A stretch of DNA of 64,000 nt from Candidatus Chisholmbacteria bacterium RIFCSPHIGHO2_01_FULL_52_32 (GCA_001816585.1 MHCJ01000006.1:40-64039); one strand, 5' to 3'; positions 1 to 9,903 are shown, counted from the stretch's first letter. The notes: generated by a model not told the origin, from the sequence alone. Translations and numbers: made by a program.

Positions 1-980
1 TTCCCCTTGATAGTCCTTGATTTCCCTTGATACCCCTTGGCGGCGTCCAAGCCGCCCGCGCTCACCTGGAAGTACTTCAGGAACAATTCCAGCGTATCCG
101 GGTAGGGGACGAAGTCCGCATCAAACACGACGATGAATTCCGCTCTGGGGTCAGTGGCTTTGAGGGCTTCTTTGAGTGCTCCTCCCTTGAAGCCTGCCCG
201 GGTATCTCTATGGAGAAGCTTGATAAGGGGCGTAGAGCCTAGGGCATAGGGCGTAGCGTCTCCCTCTGTATTCTCTGCTCTCTGCTCTCTGCCCTCTGCC
301 CTTAGCCCTAAGCGCTTAGCATTCCATTCTTCGGCAAACTGCCGAACAATGGCCGTGGTCTCATCCGTACTGTCATCGCAGACGATCACTTCATACCGCT
401 CATAATCGAAGGAGCTGCAGGCTTTAAGGAGTCTCTCCACCACCCGCGGTTCGTTGTAGACGGGGAGATGGATGGAGATGAAGGGATACCGCTCAAGCTT
501 CACCTGGGAGACATCGGGCTCCAATCCTCCTCCCCTCTGCTCTTCGCTCTCTGCCATCCGCCCTCCACCCTCAACCCTCGACCCTAAACCCTCTCCTCTC
601 ATCATCCCTATCCCGAACAGCTTCCCCAACCATCCCGTTTTGAATTTGCCTGCCCTGAGCTTTGTCGAAGGGGAAGGTGAAATTTGAAGTGTATGTGGAA
701 CTTGTGATTGGTCATTGGTGATTTCTTCCGAAGCTTCTCTTGAAAAGCTCAACACGACTGCCAGGGTGAAGTAGTACTTGAGGGAATAAAGGAAGAAGAG
801 AGTGCCGGAAATAAGCGCCAGGGAGGCAAACACCCATCCCAGAGCTTGGATCGAGTTGGTGGCAGTTCCCAAGAGTCTTCCCCATGCGAAAAGCCCAAAG
901 AAGATAAAGATTGAGAGAAGGATAAACGTGGAGAAACGCCGAAGGAGGAGGACCGCTTGCCTCGCCGAAGTCCTGAGCAT
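1..980 (-). CDS. Family 2 glycosyltransferase, CesA/hyaluronan-synthase-like; partial, runs off the window start. N-terminal TM helix after Met at 978-980, then a low-complexity G/E/R linker.
   Basis: Manual minus-strand translation gives ...YPFISIHLPVYNEPRVVERLLKACSSFDYERYEVIVCDDSTDETTAIVRQFAEEW...EFIVVFDADFVPYPDTLELF..., a GT2 DXD-type catalytic region. The frame stays open to position 1. It is missing from the ORF track because there is no stop inside the window. Confidence 0.6.
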   Translation of the reverse strand, partial: MLRTSARQAVLLLRRFSTFILLSIFIFFGLFAWGRLLGTATNSIQALGWVFASLALISGTLFFLYSLKYYFTLAVVLSFSREASEEITNDQSQVPHTLQISPSPSTKLRAGKFKTGWLGKLFGIGMMRGEGLGSRVEGGGRMAESEEQRGGGLEPDVSQVKLERYPFISIHLPVYNEPRVVERLLKACSSFDYERYEVIVCDDSTDETTAIVRQFAEEWNAKRLGLRAEGREQRAENTEGDATPYALGSTPLIKLLHRDTRAGFKGGALKEALKATDPRAEFIVVFDADFVPYPDTLELFLKYFQVSAGGLDAAKGYQGKSRTIKG

Positions 981-1937
981 ATCGAAGGACGGAGGCGGGG
1001 CGGGAGCCCGCGTCGGCACGAACTGCTCCCATACTTGCTTGAGCCGATCTTGCCAGGATAGTGCAGGCCGTACCGCCAATGTTACTGGCGTGTGCGCCTG
1101 GGCGTAAGCTAATCGCCTTTCAAATGTATTCAAACTATATCGTAACAATATATTCTGTATCGCATGATGACCTATATCCGGTATCTGCGCCTTTAGTCGA
1201 TGTACGGAAAGCCGGGGTTCCGCAACCACCGCCTCCAGCACTCGCGAAACGACGATTGGAGGCGTCCAGCGCCGATGCAGATCACCAACCGCATACCGAT
1301 CACCCAAGGATTCAATAAGGAAAGCCTCGCGCAGCTTTGCCTCTTCGTATCGCTGTTTCCAAAAATAGAAAGTCTTCCGACTCACCCGAAATTCCCGACA
1401 AGCCTCACCCACGCGCTTTCCTTCTAAGAGCACAGCTTCAATCAACCGCTTTCGACTATTAGGTAAAAGGCGAAAAGCCCGACGCCCCAAAACATCCGTA
1501 ACCCCCTTCACGGTCTGATGAAGCCGGCTGAACTCCTCACGCTGCGAAGCCGTAGAAAGATCAAGTTCTTTGAGTAAAGTGTGGATGGCGTGATGGCCAA
1601 TTTCCTTTCCGCAGTTGCGTAGCGCTTGACAGATCTGTCTGCTACTCCACTCGGGGTGGGAAACCACAAAACGAAGGACAAATCGCCGGAACTTGCTCCG
1701 ACGCTCCCGTGGGTGTTCGGAGCCCATAGGGTAGCGAAACTGAAGGGCCAAGCGACTCCCCCGCCCCCGACGTCCCTCCCACAACCGCTTCCAGCAGTAG
1801 AAGGTTTTTCGCGAAATGCCATTCTCCCGGCAAACAAGCGAAACCGGCTTCTTTTCCTCAAGTACAAGCCTCAAGATTCGCTCACGAACATGCGCAGGAA
1901 AACGTTTGAAGCGGTGCAATTTGAATGGGGCAGACAT
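981..1937 (-). CDS. Two tandem copies of an IS481-family-transposase-like N-terminal DNA-binding module (HTH plus integrase N-terminal HTH). No DDE catalytic domain. Same frame as the downstream GT2 with no intervening stop.
   Basis: Translated codon by codon from Met 1935-1937. Rep1 is RERILRLVLEEKKPVSLVCRENGISRKTFYCWKRL...VVSHPEWSSRQICQALRNCGKEIGHHAIHTLLKEL and rep2 is RKRLIEAVLLEGKRVGEACREFRVSRKTFYFWKQRY...RRWTPPIVVSRVLEAVVAEPRLSVHRLKAQIPDIGHHAIQNILLRY. There is no stop until 1974-1976 (TAG) upstream of the Met. Confidence 0.4.
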
Positions 1938-2410
1938 CCAAATTCGTCCAATCTTTAACCGATTGAGCTGAGTCTAATGGGCAGTGTTGTTCTCAGGCCT
2001 ATGTTAAGTGTTACCAACCATGGGTACTCTTGTCAAGTAGCCGAGGGGTTAAAATTCCATGATTTTTCACGGCCGAAAAAAAGTGCAAATTACGGCCAAA
2101 AAACCAGACGGAAATATACAGGAGAAGAAAAGCTATAAGCCAGTATAGAATTCAATGCTATAGAGTCTTAGAGAATATAATATAGTGTCTATGAGTGAAG
2201 TATCTCCACAACCCGAGAGAAGTCAATTCCAGAGGAAAAGCAAAGCCTAAAGAAGGCTAACTCCCTTCCCTCTTCCACTCAACAACCCCAAGAATCCAAA
2301 ACAGTCTCCGAATCCAACCAAACAGAGAAAAAATCAAAAAACCAGCTGAATTGAGGAAAGAATGTCCTTCTTTTCAGAAGAGAACACGCTCCAGTCCCCC
2401 TAAAACGCCT

Positions 2411-2740
2411 TCAAGAGAGCTGGGGATACTTTTCTAACTCCTGGGAACGGCAAATAAAGCAGTGCGTCCGCGTGTACCGGAAGCTTACAGCCCGCACCAC
2501 CAGCTCATAGACAGAAGAAAGACAAAGTGATACTCCGGTAAAAAGAAAGCCAAGCCCGAGGATGTACGACAAAGGCGAAGGAAGCGTTTGGAGCAAATAG
2601 TAACCAAGGAGAGCCAACAGTAGAAAAGAACCAGACAGGATACTGTATTTGACGGCCCCAACGAAACCCACCAGAAGGTGATGCCACCAAACGTGATTCC
2701 CTGTCAAGAACGCCTTTTCCATCACTCCTATTATCCGCAA
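2411..2740 (-). CDS. Hypothetical small membrane protein.
   Basis: ORF-track entry with hydrophobic segments. An overlapping alternative frame (2505..2828) exists. AT-rich surroundings. Confidence 0.25.
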   Translation of the reverse strand: MRIIGVMEKAFLTGNHVWWHHLLVGFVGAVKYSILSGSFLLLALLGYYLLQTLPSPLSYILGLGFLFTGVSLCLSSVYELVVRAVSFRYTRTHCFICRSQELEKYPQLS

Positions 2741-2856
2741 GGTTGAATGATGCTGTCAACCAAAGACAACCTGGAAGCTTCAAACAATAAACGAACAAGA
2801 AATGTCTCCAAAACATTGGAAGAGGCAAGTATGATAAAACCCTGGATGAAAGAAAA

Positions 2857-3594
2857 CTACTGAAGTGCCTGGTCGATCATGCTTTTGAAGTTTGCAAACG
2901 GCATCGCCCCAACCAGAATCTTCCCGTTGATATAAAAGCCCGGTGTCCCCCCGATCCCAAGCTCCTGAGCTAAGGCAACATCCTTCAACACTTGATCTTG
3001 ATGGGTACCATCCTTAAGACAGGCCGAAAGCTCTCCGCCATTAAGCCCGAGCGAACTCCCAAAGCCAAGGAACGCATCCGTCGGATCTCCGGTCGACCAT
3101 TCCTCCTGTTTCCCAAACAGGAGATCATGCATTTCCCAATACTTTCCCTGATCCCCGGCGCATCGTGCAAGCTGGGCTGCCGAAGGGGCATTAGGATGAT
3201 TCGGTAGTGGAAAATCCCGAACGAGATATTTGACCTTGCCCGTCTGAATGTAGTCCTTCTCAATCTGCGGCAGCGTTTCATCGAAATGTCTCTTACAATA
3301 GGGACACTGATAATCGGTGAACTCAACGATCGTAACCCGCGCGCCATCTTTACCTTGGGAAACAGCTGACTCGGAGATAACCCTCTGCCACTGTTCTTCG
3401 GAAAGAGTCTCTGAAGCCTGTGGCTGTGCCGATCCGACTTGCTGATTTTGCGCTCCTGGTGTCTGTACGGAAGATCCCGCAGGGGATCCCCCCTTCTTAA
3501 GCAACTCCACTTGCCCTTGGTACCGTCCCAGCAAAAACACCACTACAATCAGAAGTCCAACAAGCAGAGGCAGAAGTTTTACAGGAATTTTCAT
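2857..3594 (-). CDS. DsbA-like thiol:disulfide oxidoreductase with thioredoxin fold and an N-terminal signal/TM.
   Basis: CPYC active-site motif (DYQCPYCKRHF) and an N-terminal hydrophobic segment. Confidence 0.75.
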   Translation of the reverse strand: MKIPVKLLPLLVGLLIVVVFLLGRYQGQVELLKKGGSPAGSSVQTPGAQNQQVGSAQPQASETLSEEQWQRVISESAVSQGKDGARVTIVEFTDYQCPYCKRHFDETLPQIEKDYIQTGKVKYLVRDFPLPNHPNAPSAAQLARCAGDQGKYWEMHDLLFGKQEEWSTGDPTDAFLGFGSSLGLNGGELSACLKDGTHQDQVLKDVALAQELGIGGTPGFYINGKILVGAMPFANFKSMIDQALQ

Positions 3595-3661
3595 AACAGA
3601 GTCCCCACTATACGCGACAAGAAAAACCCTGTCAATAAGCGTGAAGAGGAGCGTGTAGGGT

Positions 3662-4978
3662 TTAGAAATTCCCTTTGCCCTCTGCCCTATGCCCCCTTAG
3701 CATCATTGCATCCGCCACCCGTTGCACCGCTAGGATGTACGCCGCCGTGTGGAGGTCAACCTTCTTTTCCTGGGCCAATTCCCAAACAGCCGCAAAGGCA
3801 GCCTCCATGATCTCTCCTAATCGTTCAAACACCAATGTTTTTGTCCAATAGTATCCGGACAGATTCTGGACCCATTCAAAATAGGAGGCCGTCACTCCTC
3901 CGGCATTCGCGAGGATGTCGGGAACCAGGACGACGCCTTTCTTTCGAAGCACCACGGCAGCGGCTTCCGTCACAGGTCCATTAGCCATCTCAATGATCGC
4001 CTTGGCTCGAACCGACTGAACGTTATGGATGCCAATTACTCCCTCCATCGCTGCCGGTACCAGCACATCGACATCAAGTGTCAATAGCTCGTCGTCCGAT
4101 ATCGCCTTTCCATGACGAAGATCACAAACGGACCCGACGCAATAACAGCTGGCGATCTTCCCTTTCTCTTCCTTACAAGCCAGGGTTAGCTGTGGATTCA
4201 ATCCCTTGGGCACGGATACGGCTCCTTTGCTATCTCCTGCAGCCACAACGGTAAACCCTGCCTTATCCGCAAAGTGGGCAAACCAGTATCCGACATTCCC
4301 GAAACCCTGGATTGCGATGGTCGCGTGTCGCTTTTTCAGACCGAGTTTCGCGGCCAGGAGCTTAAGGATAATCGACCCGCCAAATCCGGTTGCCTCTTCT
4401 CTCCCTAACGAACCGCCCAATGCTACCGGCTTCCCCGTAATAACTGCGTAAGGGCTTTCATCATTTTGACTTTTGACTTTTGACTTTTGACTTTGAATTT
4501 TTTGGTACTCATCCACCATCCAAGCCATAATCTGGGCATTCGTATTCAGATCCGGCGCCGGGACATCCTTCCATGCCCCAAAATAGGGCGCAAACACCCG
4601 CATGTAGGCTCGGGAAAGGCGTTCAAGCTCGCCCGATGAAAGGGTCTTGGGATCAACCACAACACCACCCTTCGCCCCGCCGAAAGGGATACCGACCACG
4701 GCGCACTTCCAGGTCATCCACAGGGAAAGCGCCTTCATCTCTGCCTCATTCACTTGAGGGTGATAGCGGATCCCTCCCTTAAACGGGCCCCTGGCATCGT
4801 TGTGTTGGCTGCGAAATGCGGGGAACTTCCGTATCTTCCCGTCATCCATCTTCACGGATAGCAACTTCCTAATAAATCTTTTCGGAAACTTAAGTTGCTC
4901 AACCATGTCCGCCGGAGCATCCAGATACGGCCTCGCTTCCTCAAGCTGTTTGATAGCATCCTGGTATGGATTCTCCAT
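3662..4978 (-). CDS. gdhA: Glutamate dehydrogenase, NAD(P)+ dependent.
   Basis: Full-length GDH signatures: KGGIRYHP, the GIPFGGAKGG glycine-rich region, and an NAD-binding GFGNVG. It carries an in-frame repeat insert, QKSKVKSQ. Confidence 0.9.
   Translation of the reverse strand: MENPYQDAIKQLEEARPYLDAPADMVEQLKFPKRFIRKLLSVKMDDGKIRKFPAFRSQHNDARGPFKGGIRYHPQVNEAEMKALSLWMTWKCAVVGIPFGGAKGGVVVDPKTLSSGELERLSRAYMRVFAPYFGAWKDVPAPDLNTNAQIMAWMVDEYQKIQSQKSKVKSQNDESPYAVITGKPVALGGSLGREEATGFGGSIILKLLAAKLGLKKRHATIAIQGFGNVGYWFAHFADKAGFTVVAAGDSKGAVSVPKGLNPQLTLACKEEKGKIASCYCVGSVCDLRHGKAISDDELLTLDVDVLVPAAMEGVIGIHNVQSVRAKAIIEMANGPVTEAAAVVLRKKGVVLVPDILANAGGVTASYFEWVQNLSGYYWTKTLVFERLGEIMEAAFAAVWELAQEKKVDLHTAAYILAVQRVADAMMLRGHRAEGKGNF
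4464..4503. repeat. Tandem heptamer repeat (TTTTGAC)x4 plus degenerate units, inside gdhA and in frame. Encodes SQKSKVKSQN.
   Basis: Direct reading: ttttgacttttgacttttgacttttgactttgaattttttg. Confidence 0.85.
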
Positions 4979-5019
4979 TTATCTCCTAATCTTTGCTAAT
5001 TTTGAACTTTAAGCTGTCT

Positions 5020-6012
5020 TCACCAACTCTGCATACTACCCGTCAGGTACTTCTCGACATCAAGTGCAGCCATACACCCCATTCCCGCCGCGGTCACTGC
5101 CTGCCGGTATCGAAAATCAACCACATCCCCGGCCCCGAAAACACCCTGAACTGAAGTCATGGTCGGATAGTCCTCAAGCCACGTTTTTTGGGGTATATCG
5201 CTCCAGGAAGAAGTCAGTTTGGTCACCAAATAGCCCTTTTGATCAAGTTCGACCTGTCCGTCAAAGATGGATGTCTCCGGAACATGACCAATGGAAATAA
5301 ATAGTCCGTCAGTCGCAAGTTCCTCCTTTTTACCGGTCTTTGTATCCTCAACGGTAATCGCCTCAAGTTTCTTTTCTCCCGTCACCCCAACCACTTGACT
5401 GTTCCAACGTGACTTGACGCGATCTTTATGGCCTTCAAGGACCCGCTCTTGCATGATTTTGGAGGCGCGTAGCGTATCTCTTCGATGAATCAAGGTCACC
5501 GACCGGGCATACCGGACAAGAGCTAAAACCTCTTCCATCGCGGCATCCCCGCCGCCAACCACAAAGGTCACCTTATCCTTGAAGAATGCGGCATCGCAAA
5601 CCGCGCAGGTCGAGACCCCCCGCCCCAAGAGCCGCTCTTCACCGACTCCGAGTAGCCGTGCCCTTGCCCCCGTCGCGATGATAACTGCCTTCCCAAGGTA
5701 TTCCTTACGCTCATTTCCCTGATCAGTCCAAATCCGAAATGGCTGTTTGGAAAAATCAACGCCTGAAGCGGTCACATCGAAGATTTCTGCCCCAAACCGC
5801 TTCGCCTGCTCCCGCATCGAAGCCATGAGTTCAGGTCCTAAAATCCCCCGCTGGAAGCCGGGGTAATTTTCAACCTCGGTCGTCAACATTAATTGGCCTC
5901 CGTGCTTTTCCCCTGCAAGCACCACAGGCGAAAGCTTCGCCCGAGCCAGATAGAGACCTGCAGTATATCCTGCCGGGCCCGAACCGATGATGACAACATC
6001 GTAAATTCGCAT
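5020..6012 (-). CDS. trxB: Thioredoxin-disulfide reductase.
   Basis: Two-domain FAD/NAD(P) fold with GSGPAG and redox-active CAVCD. Confidence 0.85.
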   Translation of the reverse strand: MRIYDVVIIGSGPAGYTAGLYLARAKLSPVVLAGEKHGGQLMLTTEVENYPGFQRGILGPELMASMREQAKRFGAEIFDVTASGVDFSKQPFRIWTDQGNERKEYLGKAVIIATGARARLLGVGEERLLGRGVSTCAVCDAAFFKDKVTFVVGGGDAAMEEVLALVRYARSVTLIHRRDTLRASKIMQERVLEGHKDRVKSRWNSQVVGVTGEKKLEAITVEDTKTGKKEELATDGLFISIGHVPETSIFDGQVELDQKGYLVTKLTSSWSDIPQKTWLEDYPTMTSVQGVFGAGDVVDFRYRQAVTAAGMGCMAALDVEKYLTGSMQSW

Positions 6013-6031
6013 AGCGCGTAGAGCAAAGAGC

Positions 6032-6382
6032 TTAGCGAAGAGACCTCTTAAAAGAAACTAACTTACGCGACAACATATCTGCTTTTTCGTAAAGATGATG
6101 TCTTTCCCTCTCCTTTAAGTATCCTTGCTTTTCGGCAATAAGCAAATGAGATGCTGTTTCAAACAAGCTCTTACGAGCATAATCTAAATAGTTCTTGTTG
6201 TCTTTTATCGTAGCTGCCGCTGAACCCTCTGCAATATTCGCAGGGATAGAAACAGCACTCCTCCATATCTGAGCGGTTAAACTGAAGAGCTCGCTTTTCG
6301 GCCATAACTTGGTCAAGAGATAAACTTCGCTGACAAAGTCGGCCGCCAGCCTCCAAACATCCAAAGTCTCAAACCGAAACAT
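6032..6382 (-). CDS. Four-helix-bundle protein (23S rRNA intervening-sequence-protein-like family).
   Basis: 116 aa. The motif content (WRLAADF..., ...IAEG...) resembles the family of proteins encoded within 23S rRNA intervening sequences. Recognised from memory, not searched. Confidence 0.55.
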   Translation of the reverse strand: MFRFETLDVWRLAADFVSEVYLLTKLWPKSELFSLTAQIWRSAVSIPANIAEGSAAATIKDNKNYLDYARKSLFETASHLLIAEKQGYLKERERHHLYEKADMLSRKLVSFKRSLR

Positions 6383-6412
6383 ACTCTTTCCCTACGCTCT
6401 CTGCCCTATGCC

Positions 6413-6739
6413 CTATGCCACTTTCTTGATCAATTCTTCGTACCCGGCCTTTCCACCGAACCCAATCTTCCGCTCCACCTCTTTCCCGTCCTTAAAAAGG
6501 ATAACGGTCGGAATACTCATCACTCCATGGACGACCGCCTGCCCATTGTTCTCATCCACATTAAGCTTCCCGATCTTAACCTTCCCGGCATACATTTGGG
6601 AAAGCTCATCGACAACCGGCGCGGCCATCCGACAGGGCCCGCACCACTCCGCCCAAAAATCCACCAATACAGGCAGAGGGCTCTTCAAAACCTCCTCCTC
6701 AAAGTTCTCATCAGTAATAGTGACAGTGGTAACCGCCAT
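6413..6739 (-). CDS. trxA: Thioredoxin.
   Basis: WCGPC active site, 108 aa. Confidence 0.9.
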   Translation of the reverse strand: MAVTTVTITDENFEEEVLKSPLPVLVDFWAEWCGPCRMAAPVVDELSQMYAGKVKIGKLNVDENNGQAVVHGVMSIPTVILFKDGKEVERKIGFGGKAGYEELIKKVA

Positions 6740-6787
6740 ATCGAACTTCCTTTCTCGCTCTGCTAACTCTAATCTTAAATCTTTCTC

Positions 6788-7027
6788 TCAGCTTATCCGA
6801 AACAACGTCTGGATCATCCGCGCAAACCGCTCATTTTCTTTCCCTGACCGCGCGCAGCGAATCGCTTCTCCCGAGAGAACCATTTTCCCAACCTCGGCCA
6901 AAGCAGACCGTACCGCTCCAATCTGCTGGGAAAGCTCCATACATTCTCGCCGCTCAAGGTACATCTTCCGGATACCGGCGATTTGCCCCTCAATCCTTCG
7001 TAGTCGTATCTCAATCGGGTCAGTCAT
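6788..7027 (-). CDS. CsoR/RcnR/FrmR-family metal-sensing transcriptional repressor.
   Basis: 79 aa with RLRRIEGQIAGIRKM and conserved Cys/His positions typical of DUF156. Confidence 0.65.
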   Translation of the reverse strand: MTDPIEIRLRRIEGQIAGIRKMYLERRECMELSQQIGAVRSALAEVGKMVLSGEAIRCARSGKENERFARMIQTLFRIS

Positions 7028-7133
7028 ATTGAAAGTTAGTAACTTTTAACTTTTGACTTTAAACTTTTAACTGTTGAAATACTCCCCCCCAGTATATAGC
7101 CGAAGCTTCATCCTGTCAAGGAAGAAATAAACC

Positions 7134-7466
7134 CTATTTCAACCGCCGGTCTAAGGAAATAAACTTCCGCAGCACCCTGGTAAAAAACACATCCGCCCGG
7201 GCCATCTTCCTCCGTGCCGAGGAAACCGTCTGCGCGGTCACGTTTAAAGCGCGTATGACCTCCTCGTACTTCCCTTTCCCTTCTATGCGCTTGTAAAGCT
7301 CTAATCGCTTCGCAAGCATGGTGAGTTCCTGACGTGTAAAAAATTCCAAAAAAAATGCTTCAGCCTCCTGCCAATTCCCCAAAGATGAGAACGCTAAAAA
7401 AAGCTTCTCCAACAACCGTTGTTCCGAATCAAACGAAAGTGGCCTCTTTACACTCACCCTCGCCAT
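7134..7466 (-). CDS. YerC/YecD-family, TrpR-like DNA-binding protein.
   Basis: 110 aa. The pattern LEKLFLAFSSL...EAEAFFLEFFTRQELTMLAKRLELYK matches this family. Confidence 0.55.
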   Translation of the reverse strand: MARVSVKRPLSFDSEQRLLEKLFLAFSSLGNWQEAEAFFLEFFTRQELTMLAKRLELYKRIEGKGKYEEVIRALNVTAQTVSSARRKMARADVFFTRVLRKFISLDRRLK

Positions 7467-7520
7467 AACTCCTCCCGCACATCTAATATATCAGACCACA
7501 GAAGTCTGGAGTAAGATCCA

Positions 7521-7620
7521 ATGCGAATTGGCGGGACCGTTCACGGGGCAGGTTTTCTTGGTTACTTCTTTGCCTGAACAAAGAAGTAACTGTCATTCTT
7601 GTGTAAAAAAATAAAAGAAA
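7521..7620. repeat. Partial copy (3' portion) of the roughly 190-bp repeat family (C4).
   Basis: ...ccgttcacggggcaggttttcttggttacttctttgcctgaacaaagaagtaactgtcattcttg matches the 3' ends of the copies at 11497, 12476 and 37735. Confidence 0.5.
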
Positions 7621-7627
7621 GAATCGT

Positions 7628-8356
7628 TTAAGAAAGAAGTAACCACGAAGCCAATAACACCAACACCACCCCCAAAGACAGCTTCATCCATTTCTCCGCC
7701 CGGTGTTCCCACTCCTTAATCTCAACGATCCGCCTTCCCTTCCACACCACGATGAGGATCACGATAAGGGGAAGGACAAAAAGGAGGTTGTAGTAGAGAA
7801 AATAGGCAATAACCAACGGCAAGGAAAAACCGGACTGGGCCAAAATCGTCGCCGTGCCAACATAGAGAGGCAGCGAGCATGGCGTTTCAAGCACGGTCAC
7901 CAAAACCCCCAGGACGACCACCGCGGGCAACGAAGCCTTCTCAACCAAACTCATAAGCTTCGCTTTGCTTGCCGTGGGAATCCGAAGGTGAATCGGCAAA
8001 TGCGGCCAAAAGAAGTCTTTGATCTGTATCAGGCCGGCGATCAGCAGCGCCGCCCCGATAGTTTTGTTGAGGGCTGACGAGGCCAAGCTTAAATTGAGCC
8101 TTGAAATCGTTTCGTAGAATGCAAGACCAATGACAAGGTACGTCGCAAAAATCGAACCAATGTAAACAGCTCCCGTGATAAGCACCTTCTCCGGTTTCTT
8201 GGCAAACACTAAAAGGTACCCCAAAAGCATCACCATCATCCCGATGGCACAAGGGTTAATCCCATCCACCAACCCCGCAATCGTTACCAAGGGAAAGCTT
8301 ACCAACCCACCTTGGCGTTCAAGGTAACACCCAACCGCCGTGCAATCTCCAATCAT
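7628..8356 (-). CDS. CcdA/DsbD-family cytochrome-c-biogenesis and disulfide-transfer transmembrane protein.
   Basis: Polytopic membrane protein, 242 aa, with conserved Cys in TM segments (GINPCAIG... and ETPCSLP). Confidence 0.65.
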   Translation of the reverse strand: MIGDCTAVGCYLERQGGLVSFPLVTIAGLVDGINPCAIGMMVMLLGYLLVFAKKPEKVLITGAVYIGSIFATYLVIGLAFYETISRLNLSLASSALNKTIGAALLIAGLIQIKDFFWPHLPIHLRIPTASKAKLMSLVEKASLPAVVVLGVLVTVLETPCSLPLYVGTATILAQSGFSLPLVIAYFLYYNLLFVLPLIVILIVVWKGRRIVEIKEWEHRAEKWMKLSLGVVLVLLASWLLLS

Positions 8357-8468
8357 GATCCCCCTCGTAAACTACAATCTCTGCATGATAACACATCAGC
8401 AGTATTTTTGAGCACCATAGAAACAGTACCCTTGGAATATCGCGTGAAACCCGCCGTAGTCCCGAGCA

Positions 8469-9416
8469 ATGTCGAGGGGCGAAGAAGGGTATCCCTTCAT
8501 TGATCCCTTGCCAAGAACGGCTTACAATGAACTCGTGAAGAAACCACCCGTGGTATCACAACCCCTTGCTTTTAAAACCCCTCCCGACGACCAACCCTCA
8601 GAAGATTTCTTCGAAGAAGCCGCCCTTTCCGGCGAGATAAAACCGCCGAAGAGGAAAATACATAAAGCCGATCTTCTCATTTGGCTTGGGATCGGTATCA
8701 TGTTTATCCTGTTTCTTGCCACCCGATATTATCGTATGGCCAGGCTGAGTAAGTCCCTATCAATACCACCCTTCTTCCAAGCCACCCCCACTCCCAATCC
8801 AACCGCCGACTGGAAAACACATCGAAGTGAAAAGTTTATGGTAGAGCTGAAATACCCTCCCGATTGGGAATTGCACGACAGTACAAATCAAGAAAATCCA
8901 TATTTACAAATTATAAAACGTGGTCCTTCAGGCTCCGAGCTTGATTGGACCGATGGTTCAGTGCTTAGCATCTCTATGACTGACTCTATTGAAGTCAATC
9001 TTGAAAAAGAATTTGTCTTACCTCATGATATCGTCGAAAAAATGAACCCAAAAGTATTTAGCTTCAATGGTTGGCAAGGATATAGACATAGTAAGTTCTT
9101 TGATTCTCCTGAAAATCGTCCCGAAAACTATTTTGAAGAGATTATCGCAACAAACACATCGCAGTCTGGAAAGATATTCAGAATCACTTGGTCCCAGATG
9201 AATGCCAATAACGGACTGACAGCAGAAAAATATCTTTTCCCGATCCTCTCCAGCTTCAAATTTCTAGACGAAAAGGCTGAAAATGCGAAGTGTGCTCAAG
9301 ACTCCGATTGTCAGAGCATCTGTGACGTATGCAGAGAAGGAGTCTGTAAGTACCAACTCGGCTGCCATCCGCTGCCCGATGAACTACGTTACGAAGAGAC
9401 ACCAACGATCGAATAG
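8469..9416 (+). CDS. Hypothetical single-pass membrane protein with a C-terminal Cys-rich module.
   Basis: One of the few plus-strand genes. One TM helix (LLIWLGIGIMFILFLA). The C-terminus reads CAQDSDCQSICDVCREGVCKYQLGC. Confidence 0.45.
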   Translation: MSRGEEGYPFIDPLPRTAYNELVKKPPVVSQPLAFKTPPDDQPSEDFFEEAALSGEIKPPKRKIHKADLLIWLGIGIMFILFLATRYYRMARLSKSLSIPPFFQATPTPNPTADWKTHRSEKFMVELKYPPDWELHDSTNQENPYLQIIKRGPSGSELDWTDGSVLSISMTDSIEVNLEKEFVLPHDIVEKMNPKVFSFNGWQGYRHSKFFDSPENRPENYFEEIIATNTSQSGKIFRITWSQMNANNGLTAEKYLFPILSSFKFLDEKAENAKCAQDSDCQSICDVCREGVCKYQLGCHPLPDELRYEETPTIE

Positions 9417-9432
9417 AAACTCTCAGTAGAAC

Positions 9433-9903
9433 CTACTCTCCCTCGAGAACCACCGGATCCCCAAGCTTCACCCCATGCCGCTCGGCCCAACCGCTGTTGA
9501 CCTCAAGCACCCACGTGGCCGGCAACCAGGTTGAGACCCGGGTCTCCGTACCATCCTCCCCTTCCCCCGGCGCTGGCACTTTGTGGGCAATATCAACCAC
9601 CTTCCCCTGATTGATAAACAGCATATCCAAAGGAAAGCGCATACCCTTCATCCAAAACGTCCGCCGCACCGACTCATCGGAGACAAATAACATCCCCTCT
9701 TCTTCTAAAAGACTCTCCCGACCGGAAAGCCCCTGACTCCATTCCTCCGGCGTCTTCGCCATTTCAACCGCAACCACATTCTCCCCAATCCGCAAACGGC
9801 CCATTTCAACAGGCACAATCCTCTCAAACTTACCGAAGCGTATAACTCCGGCTATAATGATCACTATAAAGAGAAGAAGGATAAATAATTTAGTTCCTCT
9901 CAT
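9433..9903 (-). CDS. DUF192-family protein.
   Basis: 156 aa with an N-terminal TM/signal. The motif content (GLSGR...LEEEGMLFV, ...MKGMRFPLDMLFI...) is DUF192-like. Confidence 0.5.
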   Translation of the reverse strand: MRGTKLFILLLFIVIIIAGVIRFGKFERIVPVEMGRLRIGENVVAVEMAKTPEEWSQGLSGRESLLEEEGMLFVSDESVRRTFWMKGMRFPLDMLFINQGKVVDIAHKVPAPGEGEDGTETRVSTWLPATWVLEVNSGWAERHGVKLGDPVVLEGE

